Shown here one piece after another: positions 1-8,565 of a stretch of 32,000 nt of DNA. Origin of the DNA: Candidatus Nitrospira inopinata (GTDB lineage: Bacteria > Nitrospirota > Nitrospiria > Nitrospirales > Nitrospiraceae). The translations under genes and the position numbers were made by a program. The stretch's first letter is position 1, and each line of letters begins with the position of its first letter. Where the stretch lies: the NCBI RefSeq assembly GCF_001458695.1, contig NZ_LN885086.1:120001-152000 (forward strand). Reading direction: 5' to 3'. The notes under the pieces were generated by a model that worked only from the letters and a program-made list of their open reading frames with translations, was not told the DNA's origin and did no database searches.

Positions 1-291
1 GCAAGGGTAACAACCGGGCTACTCATCGACAGAGGAGGCCAGTTATGCTGACCAGATTCCTCCGATGGGCGCTACAGTTCGGACAACACACCCCTCGAGT
101 TTGGTTGCTCCCCCCCAACGATGCGGCAGGCTTGGCCGTTCGTCGACTGCAACGGTGGAACATGCCCGCCCGTGCCGGACCGTGACGCGATTGAAAAAGG
201 CCGGCGCTACGGATCGAGAGCAGGAAGGAAAAAAATCACAGGAAACATCACAGAAATGGCAATCCAACCATCACTACCAGGAGGACGCACC

Positions 292-861
292 ATGAAGAGA
301 CGACGGTTCATGATGAGCGGAGTGTTGGGGCTTGCGGCTGCGGGACTATGCTTGTCAGGGGCCGAGTTGGCGCAAGCCGTCTCTTCGACCAAACTCTCCT
401 CTCCCGAACAGGCTGGGAAACCGCACCTCGTAGCCGCAACACGATTCATCGTTTTGCCGGACTGGTCTAAAGAAGCGGTCCTGGACCGTGAGACCGGACT
501 GGTATGGGAATTGTCTCCCTCGAAAGACCTGCTGGATTGGACTGCCGCTCAAGAATATTGCCTGAATCGAACCACAGGAGGACGGAAGGGCTGGCGGGTC
601 CCGTCGGTGCACGAACTGGCAAGTTTGGTCGATCCCTCCATCGCCCCTCCCGGTCCGACCTTGCGGGAAGGTCACCCCTTCACCAACGTTCAATCGGCCC
701 GTTATTGGGGAGCGGCGCCGAACCTCCAATTCGCGGCGCCGCCGTGGTTCGTGCTGTTCTCGAACGGCCGAACCGTCATCGCCGGAGAGAAAGGCGGCAA
801 AGCCCATGTATGGTGCGTCCGAACCGGCGGGTTCGACATGATGGACGTCAGCGAACAATGA
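292..861 (+). CDS. Exported DUF1566 (Lcl C-terminal-like) domain protein; the ORF-track start at 121 is probably too early
   Basis: ATG at 292 sits 7 nt after AGGAGGA (278-284). N-terminus MKRRRFMMSGVLGLAAAGLCLSGAELAQA looks like a Tat/Sec signal. Core DRETGLVWELSP...DWTAAQEYC...GWRVPSVHELASLVDP fits the DUF1566 pattern recalled from memory. Confidence 0.7.
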   Translation: MKRRRFMMSGVLGLAAAGLCLSGAELAQAVSSTKLSSPEQAGKPHLVAATRFIVLPDWSKEAVLDRETGLVWELSPSKDLLDWTAAQEYCLNRTTGGRKGWRVPSVHELASLVDPSIAPPGPTLREGHPFTNVQSARYWGAAPNLQFAAPPWFVLFSNGRTVIAGEKGGKAHVWCVRTGGFDMMDVSEQ

Positions 862-904
862 GCGGACGTTTACCGTAAACAAGAGAGCGTCTTAAGAATT
901 CCAT

Positions 905-938
905 GGCCGAGGGGATTGTGAGATCTCTCCCCTCGGCC
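905..938. terminator. GC-rich hairpin between convergent genes (possible bidirectional terminator)
   Basis: The 11-bp stem ggccgagggga (905-915) pairs with tcccctcggcc (928-938). It lies between the stop at 861 (+) and the stop at 979 (-). No clean T-tract on either side. Confidence 0.35.
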
Positions 939-978
939 GTGCATCGTTAGCGGTCGAAAGAAAAGTTGGGCGGTGGCG

Positions 979-1410
979 CTACTCCTTCGCCATCACCGCC
1001 GTCACGGAACAGGTCTTCTGTTCTTCGTCGATTTGATAGTCGACGATCGTGACTCCCAGCAAATATTCTTGAACGATTTCCTCGCGCGTGAGCTCGATAT
1101 CCTGCTCGGGTTCCTTTCCCGACCGTTCGCGCACCCGATCGACAAGATGCTCCTTGACCAACACTCGAATCTGTTTGGCCAGATCGGCGCGAGCCGACAG
1201 TTCGGCGACGCGGCGACACACTGCCCCTCCCTTGGTCAAATCGCCCTGGCCTTTGGCGATCCAGTACAGGTCGGACGGATAGCGATCACCCATGGTCTGA
1301 GCCGAAACCTGAACCGAGACTTGGGTTGACAGGATCAACGGTATCATCAAGGCCGAGACGCCCCACTCACGCGCCGCGATCGAGATTTTTCGCGCCGTTG
1401 TTCCGGTCAT
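979..1410 (-). CDS. Small exported LPP20-like protein
   Basis: 143-aa ORF with GGAGG 5 nt upstream of the ATG at 1410 and a hydrophobic N-terminal signal. The motif GQGDL...A...A...ARADLAKQIRVLVKE resembles the LPP20 lipoprotein family. Its start overlaps the upstream stop by ATGA. Confidence 0.65.
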   Translation of the reverse strand: MTGTTARKISIAAREWGVSALMIPLILSTQVSVQVSAQTMGDRYPSDLYWIAKGQGDLTKGGAVCRRVAELSARADLAKQIRVLVKEHLVDRVRERSGKEPEQDIELTREEIVQEYLLGVTIVDYQIDEEQKTCSVTAVMAKE

Positions 1411-2450
1411 CGAACCTCCGGATCTTCCTCAAGGGCCTTCTCGGCTCTATCCGGCTCCGCAGACAGGCGAGAGCGAGGTTCGGACTGTACCGACGAATCG
1501 TTCGCGCGCGATGTCGCCCTCTCGGGCGATCGGTAAACGATTTCGTTCAACGTGCGCGCGCCGCCTTGCGATCCCGGACCGGGCACAAGTTCGTGCCGCG
1601 GCATGAGGCCGGACTTCCGCGCAGGTATAACAGGTATAAAAGGAGCCGGCGACGGCTGCGAAACCGACTGGCGCCCATTCCCCGCGAGCTTGCTCTCTGC
1701 GGCACCCATATGCGGGTTATCGGGATAGAATTCGCGCGCCGCCTGAAGCAAATGAAGCCAATGCGCCGTATTGATCCCCTCTCGCGAGACAACCGAGGAA
1801 AGCCCCGAGAGGACCAACGCCCAATCGGTCCAGGCTTGCGACAATATGGCGTTGGATTGGACGCGATACAGTATCTCCCGCCGACGCGCCGCCGACCCCG
1901 CGCGGTCCGCCATTGGAGCATCGACTAACGCCCGGTTCGCCCGATCCAGCTCTTGCCGCAGCCGGTCGGTCTCCTGCTTCAATGCCGCCAACTGCACTCT
2001 GGCATCTTCGTTTTTCCGGAGGATCTCGATTGCTTCGATCACGTCCTCCGTGTTGATCTCCGCGAGCAGATCGACCTTGACCACGACGGTCCCACCGTCA
2101 ACCGATATCGTCAGACGTTGCTCCCGCACCAGCACGACACCGGCCGTGTACGTGCGGATTTCATCCTTGGTGAGGTCCATTCCCTTTGTCGCCGTGACGC
2201 TTTCCACATAGGTGGCGACCTGCTCCAGCGCGTTTCGCTTGGCCGACTCGGTCGCAAGACGGATCGCGTCTTCCTTCGTATCCCGCTCGTCCATCCGATG
2301 TTCCCCGCTGGCGGCGACCGTCTTGATCTCGGCGGACACCGACGAGGCAGCCGCAGACGCAGCGAGAAAAACGAGCGTCCAGGCCACGCCCCAGCGCGAC
2401 GACGGCCGCGAGCCTGACAAAGGAAGCCGCCGAGTTCTTCGCCCTTGCAT
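1407..2450 (-). CDS. Exported protein with an LPP20-like N-domain, a coiled-coil segment and a disordered C-terminus
   Basis: ORF 1407..2528. ATG at 2450 (MQGRRTRR...) lies 6 nt after GAGAGGG and is followed by the signal WTLVFLAASAAASSVSAE. EDAIRLATESAKRNALEQVATYVES is LPP20-like and QLAALKQETDRLRQELDRANRAL is coiled-coil. The start is uncertain (2456 or 2528 are also possible). Confidence 0.65.
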   Translation of the reverse strand: MQGRRTRRLPLSGSRPSSRWGVAWTLVFLAASAAASSVSAEIKTVAASGEHRMDERDTKEDAIRLATESAKRNALEQVATYVESVTATKGMDLTKDEIRTYTAGVVLVREQRLTISVDGGTVVVKVDLLAEINTEDVIEAIEILRKNEDARVQLAALKQETDRLRQELDRANRALVDAPMADRAGSAARRREILYRVQSNAILSQAWTDWALVLSGLSSVVSREGINTAHWLHLLQAAREFYPDNPHMGAAESKLAGNGRQSVSQPSPAPFIPVIPARKSGLMPRHELVPGPGSQGGARTLNEIVYRSPERATSRANDSSVQSEPRSRLSAEPDRAEKALEEDPEVR

Positions 2451-2579
2451 GATCATCCCTCTCTCGGCAAAAGACCCGCCTCTTACTCTCGGACTCCAAG
2501 GCTTTTTACAATCGCCCGGCTTCAGCATACCACCGGCAATCCAAAGCGACCAACAAAACGCGGTTCATTTTTCGCCGTC

Positions 2580-2609
2580 TTGCCTTCGAGAAAATTCACG
2601 TGTTAGGGT
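2580..2609 (+). promoter_or_regulatory. Sigma70-like promoter candidate TTGCCT-N18-TAGGGT with TGn extended -10
   Basis: The sequence ttgccttcgagaaaattcacgtgttagggt ends 42 nt before the ATG at 2652. In a gap-free hand alignment, 21/30 positions are identical to the 30-mer at 7378..7407. Confidence 0.4.
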
Positions 2610-2651
2610 ACCGGCCTGGCCGTTGACGTATTCAACTTGTAGGATATTTCC

Positions 2652-3662
2652 ATGGCGGACATCTTCTTGTCATACCGTTCCATCGCAGCCGGTCTTTTGC
2701 TGGCGGGCCACATGCTCGCGGCCGCCCAGACTTTTGCGACGCCGGTGCCGCCGGACTCGGCCACGGGAGCAACCCCACCGGCGGAGCATGTGATTCTGTT
2801 TGTCTTGGAGGGTTTTGATCGCGATTCGCTGAAAGACGGCCCCATGCCGAACCTCGGCAAGCTGGTCAAGGACGGATCGGTCACCTGGTCGGCCAGCGGC
2901 GTCACGCCCGCGCTCCGACTTCCCACGATGGCGTCGCTGATCACCGGCATGCCGGTCGAAAAGCACGGCATCACGTGGAACTTCTTTGAAATAAGCCGTG
3001 GCTACTACCGCGCGCCCAGCCTGTTCGATTATCTCGACGTCAGCGGCGGCCGGGACAGCGCCATCTTCTACATGGATGAATCCCTGTACCAACTGGCCAA
3101 GCCCGCGCCGTACACGGACCATCAACTGTGCGGCGCGTTGCGTCCGGAGTGCGATTCGACGAAAATCACGGCGTACATCGAGCAATATCTTGAAAAAGCC
3201 ACCAGCGGCCACGGATACGGCCACGCGACGCTTGCGGTGCCCGATCTTTTGCTGGTTCATCTTCCGGAAGCCGGTCGGGCAGGCGTCGCGCACGGATGGA
3301 ATTCAAAAGAGTACAAACAGGCGCTGCGCGCGGTCGACGGAGCGATTCGATCGGTCCTGGATTTGTTCAAACACTACAAGCTTTCCGATCGAACCGTCGT
3401 GGTTGTGACGGCCCTCAGCGGAAGAGGCTCCGATCCGGGCGCCGAGTCGGCGAACATCGAGTCGCCGACGGTTCCATGGATCGCATCGGGCTCGGGCATC
3501 AAGCCGGGGCAAGTCATCCGTCGGCCGGTCTCGATCATCGACACGGGCGCAACGGTCATGCGCATGCTCGGACTCGATACCCATACCGAATGGGACAGCA
3601 AGCCGATCGACGAAATTTTTCAGGTCACGGCTTCTTCGGCCGGACCGTCCAACATACGATGA
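2652..3662 (+). CDS. Exported alkaline-phosphatase-superfamily enzyme (nucleotide pyrophosphatase/phosphodiesterase-like)
   Basis: 336-aa ORF with an N-terminal signal peptide. ILFVLEGFDRD (metal-binding Asp region) and GVTPALRLPTMASLITGMPVEKHGI match the type I phosphodiesterase/NPP signature (nucleophile Thr, TG..P..HGI). Confidence 0.75.
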   Translation: MADIFLSYRSIAAGLLLAGHMLAAAQTFATPVPPDSATGATPPAEHVILFVLEGFDRDSLKDGPMPNLGKLVKDGSVTWSASGVTPALRLPTMASLITGMPVEKHGITWNFFEISRGYYRAPSLFDYLDVSGGRDSAIFYMDESLYQLAKPAPYTDHQLCGALRPECDSTKITAYIEQYLEKATSGHGYGHATLAVPDLLLVHLPEAGRAGVAHGWNSKEYKQALRAVDGAIRSVLDLFKHYKLSDRTVVVVTALSGRGSDPGAESANIESPTVPWIASGSGIKPGQVIRRPVSIIDTGATVMRMLGLDTHTEWDSKPIDEIFQVTASSAGPSNIR

Positions 3663-3668
3663 CGCATC

Positions 3669-4124
3669 ATGCTTTACCAACGCCCTGTACGGCATAGGCT
3701 TTCGATATACGGCGGATTATTGATCGGCGTCGCGGTACTGTCCGCCGGCGCGACGTCGGCCGGCAACCTCCCGCCGGCTCACCTCAAGGAATACCCGATC
3801 ACAATCGACGCCACCAGCCTGGTTCCCGCGTCATGGTGGCAAGTGCCGGGCGTCACGCCTTCGATTTGGGCGTCCGATCCGGAATCGCTCGACGCGCCGA
3901 AGACCTCCGAGCGTCGCCAACTGTCCTTGAGGCCGGGCAAGTACAAGTTCATCAGTTTTACCTTTGATTTTCCGTTCACCGTCACGTTGGACGGAACGCT
4001 TGAGTTCTCCCGATCGCTCGACCAATGTGTCGAAGGACGCGGGACGCAGACCCTCATCGTGCGGTGCAAGCGGATGTACCCCCACGGGGGCGAGCGGGAT
4101 GCGTACTACGATCAGACTCCTTGA
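3669..4124 (+). CDS. Small exported hypothetical protein
   Basis: 151-aa ORF starting 6 nt after the upstream stop. Signal-like LSIYGGLLIGVAVLSAGATSAG. Its stop overlaps the next start (TGATG at 4122-4126). No recognisable family. Confidence 0.55.
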   Translation: MLYQRPVRHRLSIYGGLLIGVAVLSAGATSAGNLPPAHLKEYPITIDATSLVPASWWQVPGVTPSIWASDPESLDAPKTSERRQLSLRPGKYKFISFTFDFPFTVTLDGTLEFSRSLDQCVEGRGTQTLIVRCKRMYPHGGERDAYYDQTP

Positions 4125-5485
4125 TGGCCTCTCCTACACTCCAAGACCTGCTGGATGCGCTCGAAGACGTCGATGACGCCACGCGCGAGGAAGCGGCCAA
4201 AACGTTGGCGGATCTGGCCGATCCCTCGACGAGGGACGCTTTGATTACCGCCTGCGGCGACGATTTCTGGTCCGTGCGCGCTCACGCCGTTTGGGGCTTG
4301 GCGAAGATAGGCGGTTCCACGACGGCCGAAGCCGTCATCGGCCTGTTCAACGACCCCATCATGGAGGTCAGAAACCGAGCGGTCGAAGCGGCCGTCCACA
4401 TGGGACCCGCCATTCTGGATCGATTGGTTGCCGCCCTCAAGGATGAACGGTGGCGCGTGCGTGAACACGCCGCCAAGGCGTTGGGCGGTATCAAAAATGC
4501 CAAGGCCGTCGATGCCTTGATCATCGCCTGCCGAGACCGTGACGGGGCCGTCAAGAGCGCGGCGGCGGAGGCGCTGGGCAAGATCGGCGAGCCCAAAGCC
4601 GTCCCCGCCTTGATCAAGCTCTTCCGCGATTCCTCGAAAATCGTGCGCGAGACGGCCGGCACCGCATTGGTGTACATCGGCGAGCCTTCCGTCGATGCCC
4701 TGATCGAAGGACTGGCGGACAAGGACTTCGTCGTGCGCTGCCACGCGGCCCGCGCGTTGGGCGGCATGACCACCGACTATCAAATCGGCCGGACCTGGGT
4801 ACGGGAGCTCAAGGTGGTCGACGCCTTGATCGCCGCCTTGAAGGACCCGGATCGGGCCGTGCGGGAGGATGCCACGATCGCGCTCGGCATGATCGGCGAC
4901 CCCCGGGCCGTTGACGCCCTGATCGAAGCCATGAGAGACGGCGCCGTCAAGCGGCATGCCATCGCCTCGTTGGGGATGATCGGCGATCCGCGCGCGCTCC
5001 CGGCCGTCCTTGACGCGTTGAAGGGCAAGGGAATCAAACAGCAGGGCTCTCCCACCCCCGGCTGCATCGTGAGCGAAGAAGCCCTCATCAAGGAAGCCGC
5101 GGCGACGGCGCTCGGCCAATTCCGCAATTCCCGGGTGATCCCCGATCTGATCATGTTGCTGAAGGACGGTGTCTTGCGGGAGAAAGCGGCGGCGGCGTTG
5201 ATCGTCATCGGGGATTCGGCCATCGAACCGCTGGTATCGTTTCTCCATGATCCGAAGGCGTCGGAAGTCGAAGCGGAAATGGAACGGGTGCTCTCCTACG
5301 CCTCGGTACGTCTGAGCGCCCAGGACGCGCTGAGGCTGATCGTGCTCCAGACGTTGGAACGGCTCGGCTGGACCCCGCCGGACGACGAAAAACTGGACGT
5401 CAGTTCCAGCAAGGCGGACAACCTCCGCGTCGATCGCCCGTTGGGTGTCACCGGCCGATTCGGACCGTCGGGCGACACTCTCTGA
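4124..5485 (+). CDS. HEAT-repeat protein (PBS lyase HEAT-like repeats), paralog 1, 453 aa
   Basis: ATG at 4124 (MASPTLQDLL) is translationally coupled to the upstream gene. About ten ~31-aa units of the type D..W.VR..AA.ALG.IGD.RAVDALI.AL.D are present. Confidence 0.85.
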   Translation: MASPTLQDLLDALEDVDDATREEAAKTLADLADPSTRDALITACGDDFWSVRAHAVWGLAKIGGSTTAEAVIGLFNDPIMEVRNRAVEAAVHMGPAILDRLVAALKDERWRVREHAAKALGGIKNAKAVDALIIACRDRDGAVKSAAAEALGKIGEPKAVPALIKLFRDSSKIVRETAGTALVYIGEPSVDALIEGLADKDFVVRCHAARALGGMTTDYQIGRTWVRELKVVDALIAALKDPDRAVREDATIALGMIGDPRAVDALIEAMRDGAVKRHAIASLGMIGDPRALPAVLDALKGKGIKQQGSPTPGCIVSEEALIKEAAATALGQFRNSRVIPDLIMLLKDGVLREKAAAALIVIGDSAIEPLVSFLHDPKASEVEAEMERVLSYASVRLSAQDALRLIVLQTLERLGWTPPDDEKLDVSSSKADNLRVDRPLGVTGRFGPSGDTL

Positions 5486-5548
5486 TTCTCTCCGGAAACG
5501 GTATCCGGACACAGTCTCCGTTGTCTTGTCGTCTTTGTCGTCTTTTTT

Positions 5549-5992
5549 ATGGACCAGGGGCAAGCCATCCGCATTCCCTCCGAGTGGGCCGAGCATGAGC
5601 GGATCATTCTGTTCGACGGAGTCTGCCGTTGGTGTGTGAAGTGGGTGGGATTCGTGATCCGGCATGACCCGCTGGGACGATTCAAATTTGCCCCGCTTCA
5701 ATCAGGTCCCGCGCAACAGCTCCTGGCTACCCTTGGACTCCCCACGCAAAACTTTGAAACATTTCTGCTTGTGGAACAGGGACGGATCTATACCAAGTCC
5801 GCCGCCGCCCTCCGGGTGGCAAAACAGTTGTCTGGGCTCGTTTCTTTGCTGTATCTCTGCATCCTGATCCCCCGCCCCTTCCGCGACGCCCTGTACGAGT
5901 ATGTGGCCCGCCATCGGTATCGGTGGATGGGGAACTCTGAAACATGTCCCATCTCACCCTCATCCCCATCACCCTCAGGTCGATTTCTCTAA
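5549..5992 (+). CDS. Thiol-disulfide oxidoreductase DCC family (DUF393) protein
   Basis: 147-aa ORF. ILFDGVCRWCVKWVGFVIRHDP carries the D-G-x-C-x-x-C motif characteristic of the DCC family. Confidence 0.75.
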   Translation: MDQGQAIRIPSEWAEHERIILFDGVCRWCVKWVGFVIRHDPLGRFKFAPLQSGPAQQLLATLGLPTQNFETFLLVEQGRIYTKSAAALRVAKQLSGLVSLLYLCILIPRPFRDALYEYVARHRYRWMGNSETCPISPSSPSPSGRFL

Positions 5993-6028
5993 AACATGCC
6001 GCGGCCCTCGGGGAATCGGCGTTCCCTG

Positions 6029-7282
6029 TTACTTTCTCACCGCAATCCCGTGCGGATCGGCGGTTTCTTTGCCGTCTTTCAGATTCGAAACCGTCGTCTG
6101 GCCCTTGTAACGGCCGCTTCGTCCCTCCTGTTCCACTTCGATCACCCCGACACCGGGCACCAGTCCCTGAGCATTGTGGGCATCCTTGTGGTCCCCGGTC
6201 AGCGGGCTGGAACCTCGCAGGGCCACGAATACATACCGGCCGTCTGGAGAAACATCCATCAAATCAGGCGCCGGGTCTCTGTTGGCGTCCGTCACCAAGT
6301 CGATCGATCCCACGCTCAGATTGCTGAACGTGTCGATGATCTCAATATCGTTGCCCGCTCGATCCGCGCTCCACACGTACCGCCCCACCGACGCCATGCC
6401 ATGGGAGTCGGCAAACCGACCCTCTCGATGTGAGACCAGCTTGGCCGAGATCGAGTGCGGCAGGTTCGTGAGATCAAGCGCGTAGATGTAATATGACAAC
6501 GGCGCCACGGGCCAGCCGCCCCCGGAATTGATATACATCGTGCCGCCGGACTCGATGCCGCCGCAGCCGGCCGGCTCAATCTGATGGTTGTTCAACGTCG
6601 CCACGACCTTGAGCGGCGTCGCCGTCACATCGATCACCAGCAATCCTCCGCCGCGCAAGGTCACAAAGGCATAGCGGCTTGAAGACTCGGTGATCGGGCA
6701 GATCGGAGCCGTGTCGGGCAGTTCCCCTCCCTCAACCGCAGTAAGATCCAGCACGTCCTTGGCAGGATCGAACCAGTATCGACGAGCGGCATAATCCGTC
6801 CAGATCCGAATAAACTTCTTGTCGGCGATGTTGGCGGTGATGGCCATGTTCTCATTTGGCGTCGGCCAGGCCGCATGGGCGTTTTTGCCGACCAGGAGAC
6901 AGGCCTCCGGCTTTTTCGTCGCCGCGTCCATGAAGAGCACGTGGCCGCTTAAAAACGACAGGATCACATGGTCCTGCTTGGCATTGAAAAACACCATGTG
7001 GGGACGGCGAACGGCCTTCTTCGTGGCCTCTTCGCAAAACGTGCCGATGGCTCCGGCAAAATCGATGGTCTGAACCAGCTTGGCAGACGAAGGATCGGCG
7101 GCCAGCTTGGCTCCATCATAGATATGCAGATAGCCTCCGCTTTCCTTCCCCGTGTCCGATTGATCGGTCACCCAGACTTCATACGCGTGGACGGCCGGCG
7201 CAGCCGCCCCCAACAATCCGACCAGCGCCACGGCAAGACTCGTCGGACGATTTCGCAATGTCGTGATTCTTTGATCGCTCAT
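6029..7282 (-). CDS. Exported beta-propeller repeat protein (YVTN/cd1-like), function unknown
   Basis: ATG at 7282 (MSDQRITTL) lies after AAGGAGG. Signal SLAVALVGLLGAAAPAVHA. Repeated strand-rich units, for example VSPDGRYVFVALRG and YAFVTLRGGGLLVIDV. Confidence 0.7.
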   Translation of the reverse strand: MSDQRITTLRNRPTSLAVALVGLLGAAAPAVHAYEVWVTDQSDTGKESGGYLHIYDGAKLAADPSSAKLVQTIDFAGAIGTFCEEATKKAVRRPHMVFFNAKQDHVILSFLSGHVLFMDAATKKPEACLLVGKNAHAAWPTPNENMAITANIADKKFIRIWTDYAARRYWFDPAKDVLDLTAVEGGELPDTAPICPITESSSRYAFVTLRGGGLLVIDVTATPLKVVATLNNHQIEPAGCGGIESGGTMYINSGGGWPVAPLSYYIYALDLTNLPHSISAKLVSHREGRFADSHGMASVGRYVWSADRAGNDIEIIDTFSNLSVGSIDLVTDANRDPAPDLMDVSPDGRYVFVALRGSSPLTGDHKDAHNAQGLVPGVGVIEVEQEGRSGRYKGQTTVSNLKDGKETADPHGIAVRK

Positions 7283-7377
7283 GATGGCCTCCTTGCGGAT
7301 CAACAAAGCAACGCGGCGTGAAATTATCGAACATCTTCCTCCTTATTTGCTAGGTCGGAATATCCCTGCCGCCCGCG

Positions 7378-7407
7378 TTGACCCTGCAAAAAATCCTGTG
7401 TTAGGGT
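7378..7407 (+). promoter_or_regulatory. Sigma70-like promoter candidate TTGACC-N18-TAGGGT with TGn extended -10
   Basis: The sequence ttgaccctgcaaaaaatcctgtgttagggt ends 31 nt before the ATG at 7439. It shares gtgttagggt and an A-run at the same register with 2580..2609. Confidence 0.45.
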
Positions 7408-7438
7408 CATCGACGCCTTTCATACAGAAGCAGCCCAC

Positions 7439-8563
7439 ATGGACGACCCCGTGACCCAACAGATTGCCGCCCTCACGGACCATGACTGGACCGTCCGTGA
7501 AGACGCCGCGGCCCGGTTGGGCCGACTGAAGGACCCGCGCGCGATCGAGCCGCTTGTCGCGACCCTTCGCGATCCGGATCGCTCCGTGCGGGAAGCCGCG
7601 ATTGAAGCCCTGCTGGCCATCGGCGCTCCCTCGACGACCGCGCTGAGCGCCTGTCTTGCCGATCCGAACCTTTCGATCCAGGAGGCGGCGTCGAAAATTC
7701 TGGCCTCGATCGCCGACGCCCGCGCGTTGGATCAGCTTCTACCGGCCCTGCGCAGCCCCGACTGGATCGTCCGTATGCACGCGGCCAAGGCCCTCGGGCG
7801 CATCAAAGACGCCGGTTCGGTCCGATCGCTGGTGCCGCTGCTCCAGGACGGCGTGAAAGCGGTGCGGGAGGAAGCTTCGGCGGCCTTGGCCGCGATCGGC
7901 GACGCCGCAATACCCTCCCTGCTCTCGGCGTTGACTCATCGGGATTGGCTTGTCCGCCTGCACGCGGTGGAATCGTTGGGAGCCGTCAAATCGCCGGAGG
8001 CGGTGCCGTCGCTCATTGCAATGGTTTTCAACGATACCGACTGCGCCGTTCGTGAAGACGCCGTTCGGGCCTTGGGCGCCATTGGAGATCCAAGGGCCGT
8101 CGAACCGTTGGCGTTCGTGGTTACAAAAGAACCGAAACTCCGTGTCCCGGCGATCGAAGCCTTGGGACGCATCGGGGATCGGCGGGCCGTGCCGGTATTG
8201 ATCGAAGCGGCCCGAGGCACGATGGAGCTGGCCGCGACACAGGCGTTGACAGGTTGCGGCGACCGGTGGGATCCGGCCATCCCGGAGCGAGCGGCGGCCG
8301 TGCGCGCGTTAGGCATGATCGGCGACGACGCCGCGATCCCGACCTTGACGGCAGCCCTGACCTCCGCCGCCACGCGAGCGGAAGCCGCCGAAGCCTTGAC
8401 CCGATTCGGAGCCAAGGCGGTACCCCATTTGCTTTCCGTGCTGAAGGACTCACAAGACGATTCCGTGCACCAAGCGGTGAAGAAAATTCTTGCGTCGGCG
8501 GGCCGGCTTGCTCGCGGCGGACAGGAAACGGCCGAGCCGTCATCATCAAGGAATTCCCTGTGA
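7439..8563 (+). CDS. HEAT-repeat protein, paralog 2, 374 aa
   Basis: Repeats such as DWTVREDAAARLGRLKDPRAIEPLVATLRDPDRSVREAAIEAL recur throughout the ORF. Confidence 0.85.
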   Translation: MDDPVTQQIAALTDHDWTVREDAAARLGRLKDPRAIEPLVATLRDPDRSVREAAIEALLAIGAPSTTALSACLADPNLSIQEAASKILASIADARALDQLLPALRSPDWIVRMHAAKALGRIKDAGSVRSLVPLLQDGVKAVREEASAALAAIGDAAIPSLLSALTHRDWLVRLHAVESLGAVKSPEAVPSLIAMVFNDTDCAVREDAVRALGAIGDPRAVEPLAFVVTKEPKLRVPAIEALGRIGDRRAVPVLIEAARGTMELAATQALTGCGDRWDPAIPERAAAVRALGMIGDDAAIPTLTAALTSAATRAEAAEALTRFGAKAVPHLLSVLKDSQDDSVHQAVKKILASAGRLARGGQETAEPSSSRNSL

Positions 8564-8565
8564 CC

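Noticed and set aside
45-185. 46-codon ORF with a good GAGGAGG-N6-ATG at the window start
   Set aside because: The translation (MLTRFLRWALQFGQHTPRVWLLPPNDAAG...) has no recognisable features and the ORF is short. I cannot support it without conservation data.
121-291. N-terminal extensions of ORF-track entries (121 for the DUF1566 gene; likewise 4025, 8254, 9584, 19720, 27766)
   Set aside because: In each case an internal ATG has a proper RBS or stop-start coupling and begins a sensible N-terminus. The extension overlaps the upstream gene or reads as low-complexity.
4112-5701. 529-aa minus-strand ORF covering the whole first HEAT gene
   Set aside because: It is antisense to a gene with unmistakable HEAT repeats. 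Its translation is Arg/Gly/Asp/Gln-rich with no motif. This is a typical shadow ORF of GC-rich repeat DNA.
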